This document shows, in pieces, positions 60,706 through 64,000 of a stretch of 64,000 nt of DNA. This stretch comes from Selaginella moellendorffii (lineage: Eukaryota; Plantae; Lycopodiophyta). The first letter of the stretch is position 1. Every line of letters begins with the position of its first letter. A model generated the notes under the pieces. It searched no databases and had not been told where the DNA came from. It worked only from the letters and a program-made list of their open reading frames with translations. The position numbers and the translations under genes are program-made. The stretch is taken from the NCBI RefSeq assembly GCF_000143415.4, contig NW_003314306.1, positions 931,751 to 995,750 of the forward strand. Reading direction: 5' to 3'.

Positions 60706-61964
60706 ATGCCAGAGGACGATGCATATCGATTCGAGGTTACGGGGCCAAAGCGCAAGCATTTCAACTGGTAAAGAATCTCGCCGCCCTAGCTGCATTGCTC
60801 TGTTTGAAGCGATTCTTGGCGGGCTGGGTGTGTGATTTTGTCAGTAGAATCCCGTTTCGATTGATTCCAATCGCCCCCGACAGAATTCTCAGCTACCCTA
60901 GGCTTGTCTTTGGATCATAGCCTTTCATTTGTCCCATTTTGGTGTCTCTTTCGTTCACTTGCGTGCTAAGGGCTGATTGATAAGTAGCTAGAGTTATTTC
61001 GATGGCTAGTCTTTAGTGGATTGGCCCTCACTTCTCCATTCTTTTCTTTTTTTTGTTGTTTCGCAAAGCTTGCTTGGGCTTGAGTTCATTGTCTACTTTT
61101 TTGTTTCATTGCTGCTAAAGACTTGGTCCGGCTAGAGTTCTCGTCCTTTAAAAGCTTTTATCTCGAGTCCTCGCGAGTTCTTACCATACATTCTTTCCAG
61201 GGATGTTCCGGGAGCACAGGGGATTGGGGCGGAGTAGGGGGGCACGTAGATGAATATTCAAAAGCAGTGATTTTTCGCCCGTCCCTCAGGGCACCTAGAT
61301 GATCCAGAAAGGAGGATGAACGCCACACAAACAGGTATTGTTAATCCTGAGCTAGTCTGTAAGTTAACGAGACTTTCTGGGCTGGCAGGAACACACACAC
61401 CTGTTTGGAGCATTAGCGAAGTCTGTCTATTATTCAAGAATTATACACATTATGTACGCTCCATACAAGTCACTCTTCGGTGCTGAGACTTACAGCAATC
61501 TCCAAGAGGTTTACACCGTTGCAAAGGCCGGGTTCGTCAACTTACTGGTGGATGCCGCAAAGAGAAGGGAGTCCGAGGCAGAGTTTGCGGCACTTGGAAG
61601 CTGGTACCCGGACATGTATGTTCATCCCAGTGATCCGGTATGCTCGGGCTTTCTCGAGCACTTCAAGAACTATCAGTATATGCTACAGGGGAAGTACGCG
61701 AGATTGGCGATGCCTCACGAATCCATCCGGGGCGTGCTCTGCTCCTCCAAAGCGAAGCCGCATCACCTCATCCCCTCGGCAAGGCTTCACGTCCCAGCGG
61801 ATGAAGGCAAAGCTGCGAGTGCTCGAGACGCTCATTCTCTTACACAGTGGTGGTCGGATGGAGCAGTCGTTCAGGTGCAATTTGTCAACTTGACAGGTCA
61901 AGAACACTTGGATCATCCGCTGCAAATCCCGTTTGGGGGGATAAGCTACGAAGCTATGGTGTAG
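60706..61964 (+). pseudogene. Class-3 lipase copy 3, disrupted
   Basis: Exon 1 is intact. About 500 nt of exon 2, including GHSLG, are replaced by 61212-61457, a copy of the F-box gene 3' end. Confidence 0.85.
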
Positions 61965-62435
61965 CACGCGGCTACATATTTTCTCTGTGCTCAAAGAACC
62001 CGAGAAAAAAGTTTTTTATTTTTTCCTGTGCTAGAAGAGAACGCGGCGTGTTTTCGACGTTCAATCTGACTGGAAGAACGTCACAGGTGGATGTTTACCA
62101 CGTCATGACTTTACAATGAACACTTTCATTGTCTTGCTCGAGCCAAAGCCTTCAAAGTAAGTTTGCTCGCGTTTGTTTTTGTCAGATGGTTAAAGAGAGA
62201 ACGAGGCCGGATAATGAGGGTTGGCGATTTCAACTAGAGAAGCACAAGCCAGTGAGAAGAAGCTGAGCTTCCCGAAAATGAGATTTTTTAATCGATGAAG
62301 CGTCACTCTGCTTCCATGCTGGGTTTGCTCGAGGACATGGAAGGTAATCTTGTTCCATTATCAGTTCCTTTTGGGGCATCCTTTTTGCAGTACTATAAGG
62401 TGCTTCTCGCCACTCTTCTAGGCATTGCCCTTGTG

Positions 62436-63666
62436 ATGAAGAAACGGAGAAAAGAAGCGCCTGTGTTGCTGCAAGACGACACTTTGGAGACGGTTCTCAG
62501 CTATGTGGACCTGGCCACACTAGCGACCTCATGCTCCGCCGTTTGCAAGTCATGGAACGCCATCATCGGCGATCCATCCTTTCGCCGCCGCTGGTGCCAA
62601 AACAGTGTTGCGGCTTATGACTAGCTCCTTCGGCTACGGCGAGCGTTGCCACGCCTGGGATCCATCACGGCCCCAACGCAGCGTGGAGTTTCCGTTGCCC
62701 CACAAAACGGAAGAATTTCCTAACGCTCAAGTGGTTGCTTCCGCGGGTGGCCTGGTATGCGTCTTCAGGACGCACAGGGGCATGGTTGATCCTGCTGATG
62801 ATGTGTTTCACCTGGTGGTGGGGAATCCAGTGACCCAAGAGTGGAGCGAACTACCACCGCTCCATTGGGAGGACAGAGAAAGATGCACTTTAGCGGGAGT
62901 GATCGACTTTGCCATGTTCGTCGACAAGAATGGCTTCAAAGTCGGTCTGCACTACACCGCTGTCGACTTCTCAGGCCACTGGTGCTGCATCTACGACTCG
63001 GCAACGCGCTCCTGGTCTTCTCTCCCCAAGCTCCCGTTCTCGCCAGCCTACGTCAAAATGAAGGCGCAGCGGCTTTCAGATTACAGCGTAGACGTGGCAC
63101 CCCCTGCTGTATTCCCAGGCTTGGACGATTACTTCTACGATCTCACCATCCTGGGATTTTACGACTTTGGCCGCGCCAGGTGGAGCACCGGGGAAGTCGT
63201 GCGCAGCCTGAGGATTACAACAGGCCTGGAAGACAAGGTTGACCCGGATGGAGAGATCCTGCGCTGCGTTTTGCCGTTCCCGGGACTGTGCACCGCGAGG
63301 CTGTGGGAGTACAATGGCCAGCGATACTTGGCAAGTGGCTGGGTGTATGCGGGAGGCTACCGCGAGGCAGGGGAGTCCGGAGTTGATGGCTATGGCGTGT
63401 GGAAGGTTGACGACAAGGGTGGCTTGGTTGCCGTCTCTGCAAAGACCCATAAATCGATCCTTCGTCAAGTGTACGCTGGGCAGCGCTTTTTCGGAGCGGT
63501 TTTCCGTTGTTCTGTTCATGCAGAGGCCAATCTGGTGATCTTTTCAGAGATAGGGATCATGTTTGTTTACGACTTGAGCACAGGGGATTGGGGCGGAGTA
63601 GGGGGGCACGTAGATGAATATTCAAAAGCAGTGATTTTTCGCCCGTCCCTCAGGGCACCTAGATGA
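62436..63666 (+). pseudogene. F-box protein copy 3, same 14-nt frameshift as copy 1
   Basis: Translations identical to 36209-37580. Confidence 0.8.
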
Positions 63667-64000
63667 TCCAGAAAGGAGGATGAACGCCACACAAACAGGT
63701 ATTGTTAATCCTGAGCTAGTCTGTAAGTTAACGAGACTTTCTGGGCTGGCAGGAACACCTGTTTGGAGCATTAGCGAAGTCTGTCTATTATTCAAGAATT
63801 ATACACATTATGTACATATAAGATTTTGAGATTCTATGTACATAGAAGATTTTGCCTCCCAGAGGATTGCTACTCAACAGTACGGTAGACACCAGATAAA
63901 TATTCATGATGGGGATGAAAGTCTGCTTCCTTGCTTTATCGTCAAGTTCTGTGCTAAAATCACGGGAAAACACGCTCTAGATAATTACCTACTTAATAAA

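Larger units (their letters stand above)
52981..64000 (+). repeat. Segmental duplication, copy B of 23514-37914 (lacks the Gypsy element; contains a gap)
   Basis: Collinear homology. Empty site near 58915-58925; extra AT-rich sequence at ~54410-57240. Confidence 0.85.

Overview
Plant nuclear DNA. Very short (~50-70 nt) GT-AG introns, dense GC-rich genes and the PLS-PPR style suggest the lycophyte Selaginella (inference). The left third (1-23 kb) is gene-dense. It holds an intronless SIM/NZF/RING/UBC hybrid ubiquitin enzyme, a DUF674 gene, a PUB62/63-like U-box gene, signal peptide peptidase, a KIF12-like kinesin, an NHL/LEA_2 gene and two tropinone-reductase-like SDRs. The whole spacer between those two SDRs is a ~10-unit tRNA-Val(AAC)-derived tandem array with one intact tRNA. 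Two S-protein-homologue (SPH) genes, a PPR gene and an APD1-like soloist AP2 gene follow. The right two-thirds is a rearranged accessory region. It contains a complete young Ty3/Gypsy chromovirus (387-bp LTRs, AGAAG TSD, apparent self-priming PBS, -1 frameshift signal), three copies of a class-3 lipase + F-box cassette that have decayed reciprocally, and three decayed S28 carboxypeptidase genes. It also has a ~1.6-kb-arm inverted duplication carrying a Crinkler-like NTPase+nuclease remnant, and a large segmental duplication with a 100-N gap. All exon structures and family calls were read by eye; no searches were run.
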